Assembly: GCF_001194135.2 (NCBI RefSeq)
Contig: NC_068984.1
Location: 56,101,875 to 56,165,874, forward strand
Direction: 5' to 3'
Length of the DNA stretch: 64,000 nucleotides
Origin: Octopus bimaculoides
Taxonomy: Eukaryota
The position numbers were made by a program, and so were the translations under genes. Positions 1 to 14,430 of this stretch are shown here, in pieces. Each line of letters starts with the position of its first letter. Position 1 is the stretch's first letter. The notes beneath the pieces are model-generated. The model was not told the origin of the DNA, made no database searches, and worked only from the letters and a program-made list of their open reading frames with translations.

Positions 1-149
1 CAGAAAGTGGGATTTGAAATCAGACTACACAAAACCAGAGCAGATACCATAAGGCATCCTATCCAATGTTCTAATAATTCCACCAGTTTGCTACCTTGGA
101 GTGATATCAGATCATTAAGAATGAAATGTTCAATTTTGAACTGAAAGTT

Positions 150-600
150 TACTTTATCTCAATAAAAAGCAATGCAGTTAAAGTATGCACCTAAATTATC
201 AACACAATTTTGCCATTTTATCGGTGGCTTATTAATGCTGGCAACAAAGAATTCTGGAAAGCAAGAAGTAATGAAATCACGAAAGGCTGTTTTTGCATCT
301 TCTTTAGATTTGAAGTATTTTCCTTGCAAAAAGTTGTCTAATGCTTGGAAAACATGATAGTCAGTTGGTACAAGGTCTGGTGAATATGGTGGATGACAGA
401 GTACTTCCAATTAAATTCCTGTAACTTGAAGAGTGTTCTTTGTGCAACATGTGGTCAAGCATTGTCTTGCAAGAGAATTGGTCTGTCTCAATTGACCAAT
501 CTCAGTTGTTTAATTGCAAGTACACTTTTTGTGCTGAATATTCTGACAATTGGCTTAAGATTTTCTTTTTCTCGTTTAAAGGCAATTTTGATTAATTAAA
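150..600 (-). mobile_element. Mariner (DD34D) transposase remnant, C-terminal part, internally deleted pseudogene
   Basis: Minus strand reads PILLQDNA*PHVAQRTLFKLQEFN, then after a frameshift EVLCHPPYSPDLVPTDYHVFQALDNFLQGKYF...KWQNCVDNLGAYFN. HPPYSPDL motif present; 34 residues between the last two catalytic D once the frameshift is corrected. Confidence 0.9.
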
Positions 601-2145
601 ATATTGAAACATTTTTACTCTCTATATTAAATGTTAGCACTTACTTAACTTTTTCATTTACATTGCTTTTAATTAATCATGCTTTGAAATTTTGATGTGA
701 TTGTATAATTTTAGAATGACATTTAAGGGTAGGTATGATTAAAAGAAAGTAAAGTTACTTTCTCAAGTCAGGCCAACTCATGAGGGCCAGTTTCCCTGTC
801 TCCATGACATATAAATTCCCCCCTGAATGGAACGCAGGTCTGTTGTGGTGTTATTCATTTTTGCCAGCTGAGTGAACTGGAGTGACATGAAATGAAATGT
901 TTTGTTCAGGAACACATGTCACCCGGTCCAGGAATCAAAACTACAATCTTACAATCATGAGTCCAACACCCTAACTAAGCCTTGTGCCTCTACGTAGATG
1001 TGAGAGGCTGGATCTGGTGTCAAGTCTATTAATGCAACATGACTTGCAGAAAATACCAATTATATTTTTTAGTAGATGTTCAATATCATTACTGGAATAA
1101 CCATGAAGTTTTATCCTCCTGCATTCCTAGATCAGATTGTGTTGGTGCCAACTACTTTTCTTTACCTGTTTGAAGACAGCTCAGTAGCCAAGTAATACTG
1201 GTTATAAATTTTGGCACAAGGCCAGCAACTTCGGGAGAGAGGATAAGTCAATTACATTGACCTCCAGTGCTCAACTGGTACTTATTTTATCAGTCCTGAA
1301 AGGATGAAGGGCAAAGTCAACCTCGGAGGAATTTGAACTCAGAACATAAAGACGGATGAAATGCTGCTGAGCATTTTGCCTGGCAAGCTGACAATTCTGC
1401 CAACTTGCCAACCTTCAATAGCCAGTAATATGCAAGAGTAAGATTTGACTAGGTTTAACTTACTATTGCAGAAATTAGCCGAGTGCCAGGTCAAAATAAA
1501 TCACTTACAAAATAGATTAAATGAAAATATTTCCATAGCAAAAATACAAAGAGCTCCAACATATAAAGTGAATAAACCAACTATAGTCAGTTATTTTTAA
1601 CTATTTAAATAACCTCCATTTTAATTTGTAAAGCTTTCAAATCTGTTTGCTTTTGTTTTTATTCTTTCTTTTTATTTCTATACTCCCTGATTTTGAAATA
1701 ACTTTCAATTAATAATTTTAAAATTTTCTTTACAATTTTCTGTAATTTTTAAAAACAAAATGATTTAAAAAAAAATTTTATAAAGATTTCAATCTTAAGG
1801 AAATAAGATTTTTTTTTTTTTTCAATTTTTATATTTGTATTTATGATACGAAAAGCACTTACAAAAATATCAGTACTGTAACAAATAAAATCTATGCCAT
1901 GTTCGATTACAAGAAGTACTTCTTGTTCCAAACATCCCTGACTGTTTATGCTTGTAACACATGTACACAGTCTACTTTCATTTTTAGATCGTGTTTCAGG
2001 CAATATTTACCTTATTTATTTTTTATTTTGTAAACAGTTGCTTCTCTCTCTCTCTCAGTATTTCTTTACATATTTATCTACTCTAGGCACAGGCACCTGA
2101 CGGATACAATTTCCCCTACCTTTTATTTTTCTTTCTTTCTTTCTC

Positions 2146-2177
<32 letters not shown>

Positions 2178-2705
2178 TTTACCAGTATTGTTTTACAGTG
2201 AAAACTGCTTATTACAGTCACAGATAATGTCATCAAACGGCTATTGAAGATCAAAATCGATGGGTCCCAAACATACTGAGAATATTGTTTTCGTCCTGTT
2301 TAATGTTATCATCAGCCAGTGGGCGATATCTGAGACTCCATCCTAAGTAATTACAATAAACGGCTTCAACAGTGCAGTGCGTGTACATCTATGTATGTGT
2401 GTGTGCGCGCACGCGTGCGTGTGTGTGTGTATGTATATATGCATACATATATATCATACACACACTGGCAGACAAACAGAGACAGAGCTCTGAAAGTGTA
2501 TAACATAAGGGTTGTGCGCAGATGTGTATGTATATGTACATGTGTCTATTTTTATACACGCCAGTGTTCGGTCTCTTTTGTTTATAATTTACCTACTTCA
2601 TCTGTTTACTACCTATAAAGCGTTATTCCTTTCTCCCACTTTTTACTCTATCTATCTATCTATCTATATATCTATTTAATTATCTAGCTAGCCAGCTAGC
2701 CATTT

Positions 2706-2741
<36 letters not shown>

Positions 2742-3539
2742 ATTATCTATCTATCTATCAATCTATTTCTTGAAATCAGTGTTTAGCCCTCTGACTTCAT
2801 ATTCTTCCATCTCTCGACAATCGTTTCACCATTTTATACTGTTTCTGAAGATATATATATATATNNNNNNNNNNNNNNNNNNNNNNNNNNNNNNNNNNNN
2901 NNNNNNNNNNNNNNNNNNNNNNNNNNNNNNNNNNNNNNNNNNNNNNNNNNNNNNNNNNNNNNNNNNNNNNNNNNNNNNNNNNNNNNNNNNNNNNNNNNNN
3001 NNNNNNTATATATATACATACATACATGCATGCATGCATGCATGTATGTGTGTGTGTGTGTGTGACTTTGATGCTATCTGTCATTTCCTTTCTCCCTCTC
3101 ATTTTCTTTCCTATATTCATTAGTCTTTTCTAATCTCTTTTTTACTAATGACTAATACTACTTCTCAGTTTCTCTTTATATCTGTCTATCTATGCAAATC
3201 ACAATGAACGCATATAAATCTCTTCCCCATCTTCGTCTTTCTAACGGTAATATACCTCTCTTTCCTTCTCTGATCACATCTTCACACCTTCCCTTTTTTT
3301 TCTCCTATCGACTCCTACCTCTCTTTTTTTCTCTTTCTCTCTCTCCATCTCTTTCCCTGTCCCCCTCTATCTATCTATCTATCTATCTGTTTCGATTCTA
3401 AAATCTTGCTATCTACTTTCCATCTTTGCACCTGTTCTCTTCCTCTCGAAATTATTTTCTCTTCATCTTTATTGACAATCGACTTAACCTATCCTCACCT
3501 CTGATTAAAGTCGCCACTCAATTTAATATGTTTCGTATA

Positions 3540-3684
3540 CATCAGTATATCACGCGCGCGCGCACGCACGCACACACACAAAATAATACACACGCATAAC
3601 TACATTAATGTATATATTTGTGTGGAAGTCTTTGCAGCCTTGATTTATATAAGTTACTTTACCTAATTCTTATACAATACGTGA

Positions 3685-3721
<37 letters not shown>

Positions 3722-4371
3722 CTCTCTCTCTCAAACACACAAACACACACAAACACACACACACATATACACACACAATCTATCTATCTATATATATATA
3801 TCTGTGTGTGTCTTCTGTCTATCTCATTCAATCCATTTACGCTACAAACCTTCGCAACAACAAAAAGAGCATTAGAGTATTAACTGCAACAGTAACGAAA
3901 ACATAAGGGGGGAAAAGTGCTACTAGCAGCTATCGTATAAGTGAGTGAAGGTAAAATCACAGCAAACGAAAAAGTTACAAACCGAGCCGCCGTCGACATT
4001 AGAGATTGATACGACGTGGGCGAAGGTGGCGTGGGCTCCGTTCGAAACAGAGAGTGAAACAAGGAATACATCCATCCATACATACATACATACATAAATA
4101 CATCCATCCATACATACATACATACATAAATACATACATACATATTTGTGAAATATTTACATATATATATGTATGTGTCTGTGTGCATCTATACAGGTGG
4201 AAGAAAGGTCTGTTACACACCACTACCTTCACCACAGCCGCCGCAGCCACCGCCGCCACCCACATTTCCTACCAAACTCATGGAGAGAGGGGTTAAGGTG
4301 GAAGCCAAGACTCAGCCTGTAGAGTGTATTTAGATTTCTTCCCTTATTTTTACGTTTGAGTATTTTCCAAC
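3540..4371 (+). promoter_or_regulatory. CpG-retaining putative promoter / 5'UTR region of the DPP6/DPP10-like gene
   Basis: Locally GC- and CpG-rich unique sequence (gagccgccgtcgac, gacgtgggcgaaggtggcgtgg, cagccgccgcagccaccgccgcc) in an otherwise CpG-poor window, directly upstream of the candidate start exon. Confidence 0.45.
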
Positions 4372-4392
4372 ATGAGTTATGCGGAGAGTGAC
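4372..4392 (+). CDS. Candidate first coding exon (MSYAESD) of the DPP6/DPP10-like gene
   Basis: caacATG AGT TAT GCG GAG AGT GAC followed by GTGAGT at 4393. A at -3, consensus donor, phase 0 compatible with the 41138 exon ([19 protein letters not shown]...). Lies at the end of a CpG-rich non-repetitive patch. No transcript evidence. Confidence 0.6.
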
Positions 4393-4452
4393 GTGAGTAA
4401 TGTTCGTGTTATCAATTATTCACCCTCTGCATCTTTACATCAAAAATGCGCG

Positions 4453-4486
<34 letters not shown>

Positions 4487-4491
<5 letters not shown>

Positions 4492-4695
4492 TTATAAATA
4501 TACAGGGATTAGCAATTGAGTTGCTTCTCCAACATACTGAAAATTTAGAAATAGCAGTCAAAGAGCTACTGATTCCAAACTACAAATTTTTCTCTAAAGT
4601 AGTTTGGAATCAGTAGCTCTTTGACTGCTATTTCTAAATTTTCAGTATGTTGGAGAAGCAACTCAATTGCTAATCCCTGTATATTTATAATGATA
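4487..4695. repeat. Perfect 97-bp inverted repeat with 15-bp spacer
   Basis: 4487..4583 is the exact reverse complement of 4599..4695 (checked base by base); spacer AAATTTTTCTCTAAA. Confidence 0.95.
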
Positions 4696-5431
4696 AATAG
4701 TTTTACCGATAAAGGTTTTTTTCATACTGAACTACTTGGCAAAATTGTTAATTATTAATTCTATTATTAATTGACGATTCTCTGCCCTTATTCTTGTATA
4801 TATATATATATATTCGCACACATTTGTATACATATACACATACATATTTGTACGTATACACACAGACATATTTATGTATATACATGCGTGGTTACATGTC
4901 GATTATTTTTATGTCTATATTTTTATGTCGAACATTAATTCCAATATGCATACTTATATTCTTTTTCTTGCATGTGTGTAGATATATGTATGTATAGTTT
5001 TCTATATATATATATGCTTGTGTGCATTTGTGTATAAATATGTATGTATGTGCGAATGTATGTATTTATATAGGCATGAATGTATGTATATACGCATGAA
5101 TGTATGTATATGTGTGTATGTGTATCATTGTCGTCGTTGTTATTTTAACGTCTAATTTTCCATGCTTTTATGGGATGAGATAGAATTCGTTGAGGGAAAT
5201 TTTCTACAGCCTGATGCACTTCCTGTTGCCATTCTTCACCTGTTTCCAAGCAAGGTAGTATTTTCACATGGCTGGACGTGATCACATGGAAGATTGGAAG
5301 CGAGAAAAACCACTTGTATGACGGAGATACTCGTTTACAAATACATCAAGAAATTAATGTCAAGAAATTGAGACATGCACAAGCACAGACGTTCCGCATC
5401 CTCCCCGTAAATGTGTGTGTGTGTGAGTATG

Positions 5432-5470
<39 letters not shown>

Positions 5471-6671
5471 NNNNNNNNNNNNNNNNNNNNNNNNNNNNNN
5501 NNNNNNNNNNNNNNNNNNNNNNNNNNNNNNNNNNNNNNNNNNNNNNNNNTTTGCATAGAAGGAAAAGAAAACAGCATTCAATCCCAAAAATAAATGTATT
5601 TTAAAAAGATCAAAAAATATCAACTAGATTATGGCTGGAAGATAAGTGCTTCTTTCATTTTCATCATCATCATCATGGTCGTTTAACGTCCGCTTTCCAT
5701 GCTAGCATGAGTTGGGCGATTTGACTGAGGACTGGTGAAACCAGATGGCTACACCAGGCTCCCTGTTTACCAAATCTACTTACAATGCTTTGGTCTGCAC
5801 TTGCCCAGAGCGTCACACAGTGGGACCAAACATAGAACCACATGATTGAGAATCAAATTCTGTGTATGTATATATGTATTTATGTATGTATGTTTTATGA
5901 ATGTATAAAGGGCTGTATTTATGTAAGGGCATACATGGGTCATGGCCAAGGACCCTTTTAACTCAGAGGAGCCTAAAGCCTAGAGTAAAATTTTTTAAAA
6001 TATATGTACATCAAACAGATAAATAAATTATAATCTTCTTTTTTTCACTTAGTTGATTTTTTTTTAATTCTGTAGAGTTCTTTAAAAATTAATAAGCCTT
6101 CTTTTGATCTATTAGGCCCTTTTAGATTTTAAAAGGTCATTAAATTTAACTGAGTCTCTCTGAATCCACCAAGGCCCTTTTAAGTTTCAGACTGTTTGGG
6201 GCTCCTAGATTTAATGGAGCCCTCTTATCTTGCTGTTTTGAATTAGCTCTATTTTTAGTATTGTTTTTTTTTTAAATACTTAGTGCTTGTTTTCTTCTGA
6301 TATGAGAGCAGTCAACAGCAATGTATTATCCAAATAAATGAACAAGGTAACATGTCAGAAACTATCAAAGTGCTGGCAGCCATTAAAGTTATAGAATACC
6401 CATTAAAAATTTTGTTTGAAAAATACAAAATTGATATGAAATTATAGATATTCTTTGTGTTTAGATTATTAAGATTGGTTTTTTAGCCATACATATTCTT
6501 ATTGTTTATAGTCTTGACTGAGGAAGACAAATTTATTACTTTTGTCATGCACAATGATATGATTGACAGACATGTAAACAGTATAAAATTACATATGCAA
6601 AATTGTAGGGCTCTCCCTACAATTGGGTCCAGAGGCCCCACTATGTCTAAATCCAGCCCCATATATATATC

Positions 6672-6889
6672 CAAGGGGGTGCTCAAAAGTTCCTAGCTTT
6701 AAGAGTGTCATGAAAGGCTTGGTTGGAGGCCCAACCTTTCCAAGTTCTTTTACAGGACTTAGAAAAACTGAAGGACTACTGCAATAAATGTGTGAATCTG
6801 AGAGTGAAATATGTTGAATAAAATCATAATTAACTGATCCTCCTGTATTTTCTTTTATCCAAAACCAGGAACTTTTCAACACCCCCTCG
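6672..6889 (+). mobile_element. Mariner-derived MITE (218 bp)
   Basis: Ends CAAGGGGGTGCTCAAAAGTTCCTAGCTTT and AAAACCAGGAACTTTTCAACACCCCCTCG are inverted repeats, set in TA repeats. Interior retains a mariner-like C-terminus, NKCVNLRVKYVE*. Confidence 0.8.
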
Positions 6890-8523
6890 CATATATATAT
6901 GTACACACACACAGACACACACGCACACACATATAATATTGGTTTCAAATTTTGGCACAAAGCCACCAATTTTGGGATGTGGGAAAGAACTAGTTGATTA
7001 TATCAATCTCAGTCTTCAACTGGTAATTATTTTATTTTTAAAGTTTGAAAGACCAAGTCAACCTTGGCAGAATTGGAACCCAGAACATACAGATAGATGA
7101 AATGCTGCTAAGCATTTCGCCTGGCATGCTAACGATACAAATGTTATATTAACACACATTTATTTATAGTATGTAGATAGGGTTATAATGCAAGTTGTGT
7201 CCTCATGAAACACATCTGCATATTTCAGTTCTCCAAGGTATATTTGTAGAGGATATGAATTATATGAGAGTTAAAAATACTGGTAGATAGTTATTGCCGA
7301 ATAATTACATATTAAAACAAAAAAAACTGGGAAATTTTTTTTAATATTATTTATTCTGTATTACATACGTCTTTTTTTTTACCAGTAGGAGTTATATAGG
7401 GATACATGTGGAAAAACATCTAAGACATCTATTAGCCATTCATCAGATCAAGAATTGAAAATATATTTTTCCTAAATCACACACCTGCATATCATTTATA
7501 CATACATCATCATCATCATCATTTAACATGCTAGCATGGGTTGGACAGTTTGACAAAATCTGATGGGCTAAAGCCTGCATCATGATTTCTACAGCTTGAA
7601 GCCTTTACTAATGCTAACCACTTTAGAGCATGTACTGTGTGCTTTTCCTCATGGCACCAACACTAGTGAGGTTGCCATGCAGCTTACAGGACTACGAACC
7701 CACTGAGAGGCAGCTTTATGCTAGGATATGAAGAAATAAGCAGAACAGGTTTCTTGCTGTAGAGGGGCTACATGGCCAGTTACATTTTGGAAGAGAAGGT
7801 GGGGGTGATTGGGTAGAACAGTCAAGAAATATAATAGAGATAAAAATATGTCTGTGTAGATCCTCAGTGTACAAGGTGAGTAGAAGTAAATGGGCCCAGA
7901 ATTAATGTAAGTGTGGGTGAGTAGATGTTGCAAGTGTGCATAGGAGATGGTGAGGGGGTGAATATAATGAATGAAGTGTTGAATGAATGATATGAGGAAG
8001 GGAAGTTGGGAAAAGTAGGTGACAACTGTAGAGACTGGATATAATGAATGGTGGATAAAGATTAAGTCTGATCAATGAAGTGTGGAACTGAGAGTTGCAA
8101 AAATAGTAATGATGATACAGTAAACAGAGGAAGGATGAGAGAGAGAGATGAAACAGAGAGACAGATGACAAGTGGTTGGGTAGATTGCAAGAGTATGTGT
8201 GGGGAAAATGGTAGTTACTATGTATAGGGTATGGAGGGAGTGAGAGAGGTATACAGTATTAGAGAAGATAAAATGATGTGATAGCTCAGGAGAGGATGGT
8301 GTCAAGATAAACTGTGGGTGGAGAGGACACTCTGTTAAGGATGAGGGATGGATAATCAAGTCAAATGGTTCCCAGTTGTGAGAAAGATTACTGTCTCAAA
8401 GAAAAGCTGCAGTTAGAGAGATGAAAGAAGGTGGGGGTGTTTTGAAAGAGAAATTGGGCAAAGGGTCCAGTCATGCATGTGTATGTGTTTGTACATATAC
8501 ACTCACACATTCATACATATATA

Positions 8524-9803
8524 CAGGGTGTGGTGAATAAATTGTCATCTAAATTACGCAAAAATGAAAATAACACTGACATCTCATTTAACAGATATAT
8601 TTACCAAAATTACATAAAAATATCTTGAAATAGTAAAGAGTAAAATCGCCATTGGCTTCAACCACAGCCTCTAGATGACTCCAGAATCTCCTGCAACTCT
8701 TCTGGATGATCTCCTTGTTTAAGTTGGTTAATGCTGCCATAATCCTTGCCTTCAGTTCATCTTTGGTGTTACAAGGAATTTTGTTGGTCTCTCACTCAAT
8801 TGCAACGCACACATAATAATCAAGGGGGTAAGCAGTCTGGGGAGTTAGGTGGCCAGATGTTAGGGGTGATGTGGTTGCAGAAATTGTCTGACAGCCATGA
8901 CTGGGTTCTCCTGCTTGTGTGGTATGGTGCAGATTCCTGTTGCCAGACATAGGGTCTTCCAGCAGCCACCCTCTTGACCTAGGGCAGCACTACCTCCTCC
9001 AGGCACTTGATGTAGGCCTCCATGCTGTGTCTGAGGCCGTGTGTGAAGATGAATAGAAGTATAACATCACCATCACTAGTGATCACTCCAAACACCATGA
9101 TGTTGACTGGATGTTTGATTTTTATCACTCTTGGCACATATTTTGGGGACATGGCAAGCCAACAGTTGTTCTGTGTGTTCACCATCTGACCCTGGCAGAA
9201 ATTTTTCTCATCTGAGAAAAACCAAAGCATTTTCGGTTGGAGGGGATGCTTGAGTTTGTTCAAAAGCTTCATAGCACAGTTTTTCCTCTTGTCTTTGAAG
9301 GTTTGAGAGAAAAATTGGCCCTTTCTCATCTTGAATGAAGAATACCAAATGTTTTCATGCAATACCTGCCTGAGAAGAAACTCAGACACTCCCATGTCCC
9401 TGGTAATGGACCTGATTGACTTGGTGGGATTGTTATCAATCATAGATTCAATCTTACCCACAAATTCAGGAGTTCTTTTCTTATTAGAACGATTGGAGTA
9501 AGTTTTCCGAGCTGCTGTACCTTTGTAATCACCAACAGACTCATCCAGCTCTTTCCAAATCCTCAGCACTGTCTCTCAGATTGAGACTCAAACACTCTGA
9601 AATGTCCATACCGGAGATTCTGGCATGAATGCCAAGCAGCACAGCATGTCATTTCCAAATTTCTGGCAGAGTGAATTGTGTCATGGTGCTGTTTTTCCCA
9701 ACTGACCCTACTATACTGTGTAGTCAACAAAATCACAAACAAACAATGCACACGAGTGAAATTTAAAAATATAAAATGGTGACAATTTACCCATCGCACC
9801 ATG
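8524..9803 (-). mobile_element. Full-length decayed Tc1/mariner-superfamily element of the DD37D (maT) type, about 1.28 kb
   Basis: TIRs CAGGGTGTGGTGAATAAATTGTCATC (8524) and reverse complement of the right end CATGGTGCGATGGGTAAATTGTCACC (ends 9803), both flanked by TA. ORF 8979..9569 has LWFFSDEKNF and MVFGVI. It continues past a stop as YVWQQESAPYHTSRRTQSWLSDNFCNHITPNIWPPNSPDC, then frameshifts to DYYV: 37-residue spacing, with the second D mutated to E. Confidence 0.92.
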
Positions 9804-10138
9804 TATGTATGTATGTATATATACACACACAACACTTTCAAAAATTAGTTTTGCTGCTTTGAGCAGGTCTTCTCAAGAATCTCATGCCCTGGTCTTCCTA
9901 ATCCCTTATCATCATCTCTGAGGTTCAATGTCCTTATATTATCCTTCACCATATCTTCCTGGGTTTCCTTCTTCTACTAAACTCCATTCACATTTAGTGA
10001 TCAGCACTTCTTTACACAGTTATTCCCATCCATATGTATCACATGTCCATACAAGTGGTGGAAAACTTTATTGGGCTACTAAGGACTAATGATGCTGGTA
10101 AGAATGACATGTACTGGTACAGTTTATAGAAATCAAAA

Positions 10139-10184
<46 letters not shown>

Positions 10185-13100
10185 TCATCAACATCATCGT
10201 TTAACGTCTGCTTTCCATGCTAGCATGGGTTGGACGATTTGACTGAAGACTGGTGAACCAGATGGCTACACCAGGCTCCAATCTGATTTGGTAGACTTTC
10301 TCTAGCTGGATGCCCTTCCTAATGCCAACCACTCCGAGAGTGTAGTGGGTGCTTTTACGTGCCACCGGCACGAAGGCCAGTCAGGCGGTACTGGCAACAG
10401 CCACACTCAAAATGGTGTATTTTACGTGCCGCCTATATATATATCATCATCATCATCATCATCATCATCGTTTAACGTCCGCTTTCCATGCTAGCATGGG
10501 TTGGACGATTTGACTGAGGACTGGTGNNNNNNNNNNNNNNNNNNNNNNNNNNNNNNNNNNNNNNNNNNNNNNNNNNNNNNNNNNNNNNNNNNNNNNNNNN
10601 NNNNNNNNNNNNNNNNNNNNNNNNNNNNNNNNNNNNNNNNNNNNNNNNNNNNNNNNNNNNNNNNNNNNNNNNNNNNNNNNNNNNNNNNNNNNNNNNNNNN
10701 NNNNNNNNNNNNNNNNNNNNNNNNNNNNNNNNNNNNNNNNNNNNNNNNNNNNNNNNNNNNNNNNNNNNNNNNNNNNNNNNNNNNNNNNNNNNNNNNNNNN
10801 NNNNNNNNNNNNNNNNNNNNNNNNNNNNNNNNNNNNNNNNNNNNNNNNNNNNNNNNNNNNNNNNNNNNNNNNNNNNNNNNNNNNNNNNNNNNNNNNNNNN
10901 NNNNNNNNNNNNNNNNNNNNNNNNNNNNNNNNNNNNNNNNNNNNNNNNNNNNNNNNNNNNNNNNNNNNNNNNNNNNNNNNNNNNNNNNNNNNNNNNNNNN
11001 NNNNNNNNNNNNNNNNNNNNNNNNNNNNNNNNNNNNNNNNNNNNNNNNNNNNNNNNNNNNNNNNNNNNNNNNNNNNNNNNNNNNTATCTCACCTATGTAT
11101 GTAAATTATAAACAATTAGCAAGAGTATCATTTGTAAATATTGTAAAGTTTGTATTTTCATACATTCAATGAAAAATATCAAAACATCCTGATTTGTGTG
11201 TGCATATACATATACACACACACACACACACATGTACAACAGGGGTATTTAATTTTGCTGAATTGTATGAAGGGGGCATTGGAAAAAGAAAAAGGGTAAT
11301 AGTTAAAAAAAAAAAGATGACACAAAATTAAAAGAAAATACTGGTTTCATTTAATGTCACACAATAACATAACAGAAAGAGTTATACCAGATATTAACAG
11401 CTGGTGGTATATTTTTAATGTTTACAAACTACATATGATACGGTAGTATTGTAAATGCCCGGTTATTCATTGTTAATATTTATACAGTGGTTTTACCGTG
11501 ATTATGGATCTAATTTTCTCATTATTGCTTACTCCTAAAGAATGTCAATTACCTACAGATTAAACAAAAAACAAGTCTACCTTCAATAAGAATGTGTTTA
11601 TTTTAAATTTATGAATTTTTATTTATATTCAGTTTCCACTCCGATATGCAGACCTTAATTGATCATTAAAAAGTATAAGTCTGTGTTTAGACCATCAAGA
11701 GAAGTGGGGGCACTTGAGACTTTATTTTCCAGTATTGGAAAAACATTATGATTTGAGATTATTGCAATTTTAAAGTTCTAGGAGGCCATGATCTATTCAT
11801 TAAAGTAATTGTAGTTGTTTGTGTCTGATGCAACTGTGTGGTTTACCATATCACTCCACTGTATCATTAATTTTGTTCTTTTGATGATGAATGGCAAGGA
11901 ATCCATTTTTAGCCATATAAACATTCCAGCTTAAAAAATTCCCCAAGTTCAGTTTTCTAAATTGAGTATTACAGCTAATATGAACAGATTTCGAATCAGA
12001 ACAAAGTGAATAATGACAAGGTGTACTGAATAATGGCTTGAAGGGGTGCTTTTTATAAATCAAATGCAAAAGTGAAATGTGTAAACTGATAAAGCACTGT
12101 CACTATAAGAGCTATCTGATAAAGCAAGGATTCCTAAGATGGTAGAATCAGACATTCCACAGACAACAAAATCTTCAGTTACTAGGTACCAATAGTTTAT
12201 TTCAATGCTTACAATTGTTTTTTTCTCTCCATTATTTTAAGCATGCTTCCATCAAAAGAACTGGCCCTTGCAATAACATATGGAGTAGGATTTGATACCA
12301 TTTATTATTATTTTATTTTAACAAAATCTTCACAAACCAAAGAAAACTCATTCTCACTCATTCATGGTGCCAAATACAAACTTCCACTGAAGTGTTTGAT
12401 GGGGTGATATTGATGATATTCATTTCACATTTCAGGACTGGTCAACAGTGCCAGCTTAAGACATGGGCACACTGGGCCATTGTCCTGGAGCTTCATGAGC
12501 CTAGAAGCCCAATTGTGACCTATGTGTGCTGTTGCTTGCTGTCAATAAATAAAGACCTGAAATTTAGGCCCAACTGGTATTTATTTCATCGATCCCAAAA
12601 GAATGAATGACAAAGTTGACTTTAGCAGAATTCAAACTCAGAACAGTAAGATGGACTAAACACAGCAAAGCATTTTTGTCCAGCTTGCTAACAATTCTTC
12701 CAGCTTACCCCCTTCCTTCTACAGTTAATAATAAACACAATACTATAAGACAATCAAGTGTTCAATATTACAACTGCCGTGCCATTTTAGTGACCTAGTA
12801 TTATTCTTTTACTTGTTTCAGTCATTTAACTGCGGCCATGCTGGAGTACTGCCTTTAGTCAAACAAATCGACTCCAGGACTTCTACTTTGTAAGCCTAGT
12901 ACTTATTTTATCAGTTTCTTTTGCCGAACTGCTAAGTTACGGGGATGTAAACATACCAATATCCTCTGACAAGCGATGGAGGGAGGGGGAAGCACAGACA
13001 CACAAATATATACATATATATATATATACGACGGGCTTCTTTTAGTTTCTGTCTACCAAATCTACTCACAAGGCTTTGGTCAGACTGAGGCTATAGTAGA

Positions 13101-14430
13101 AGACAGTTGCGCAAGGTGCCATGCAGTGGGACTGAACCCGGAACCTTGTGGTTGGGAAGCAAGCTTCTAACCACACAGCCACATCTGCGGCTGGTGTTTA
13201 TTTATCTACCAGTTCTTCCATCCACAAATTTATTAAAAACAGTTTGCTGTTCTATTACATACCAGCAGCTTGCAGACACACAGGATTCTTGTGATCTCAC
13301 ATAAATGAATATCCAATGCTATGAATTTGTTTTTCGTTAATTCTATTTAACGTTAAATAACAATAATATATACAAATTATTTGCTTATAACTAAGGCATA
13401 CAGCATTTTTTTATGCATTAAAAGAAAGTTATAATTTACCATTTTCATCATGGTAAATCTAATACTGGAAAAAATTCTGTGCTTCCCCACCATTCTTTCT
13501 GTGCCATAAGTACATGCTGCTGGTTTTGTTTAACGATTAATCCAGCTCTCATCATAGGCTTGTTCGCCCGGACATGATCTGGGTTTAACAAACAACTATT
13601 TGTATTGGCATCTAGCCAATAAGCTGAAGACTGCATAAATTTTGTGGCGGTCAGTGTTTATCATTATGCCATATGGTTGATAAATACACCTTATAACATT
13701 TTAATTAATGCTGGCTAGTATAGCTAATTATTAATTTGCAAAATTAAAGATGCTGAATTATCCTTTATTTTTCAATTAGTTTCACTTTTCTGAATTTTCA
13801 CCTCTAAAATCTGCTTTGATGATATATATGATGATCGTAATTGTGGTCTCTGATCGATTTTGATGTACAAGAGATGTGTGTGTGTGCGCGCGCACGCGTG
13901 CGTTTACTATTCGGTAGATTCACAAGACCTAAGGTGTTGTAACCTTCGAACTATCATTTGTCTCTGTTTCGCCACTTGTGATATCGTATCGTGACGTATC
14001 GTATCACAAGATCTCGACTTCGGCGAAGAGATGTCGGTATTTCTTTTATAAATATTAACAGGATGACCAGAAAGATTGACAAAAATCGATTCTAGAAGAC
14101 TTGAACTCAGAACTCTGCACAAACCATAAGACAAACAAATGACGGAGCCTATCCACTGTACTCAACCTACAATAAATAACGACTGAATTGCTTAAGTCAC
14201 CATACAGTTTTAAGAATAAAGAGCGCATTGGACAGGGCATTCCTAGAACTTTGGGGTGCTTTTTCATTTTTCTTTTTTTTCACTTCCTGATACTCATGTA
14301 GCGGGTGCAAATGAGAAATTGCTAGCCTACTTCACTTAAAAATATAGAAAAACCATTGCTTACCTTTTCTTTAATCAAATCTGTGTATAGGCACAGGCAT
14401 GGCTGTGTGGTAAGAAGCTTGCTTCCCAAC

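Noticed and set aside
5930-6660. Possible hAT-like element with GGGCCC-rich ends
   Set aside because: The two ends match only weakly and no target-site duplication could be identified.
10472-11172. Long ORFs of about 200 aa in the track (also those at 2770..3123, 5278..5623 and 46889..47218)
   Set aside because: They are open only because they run through N gaps.
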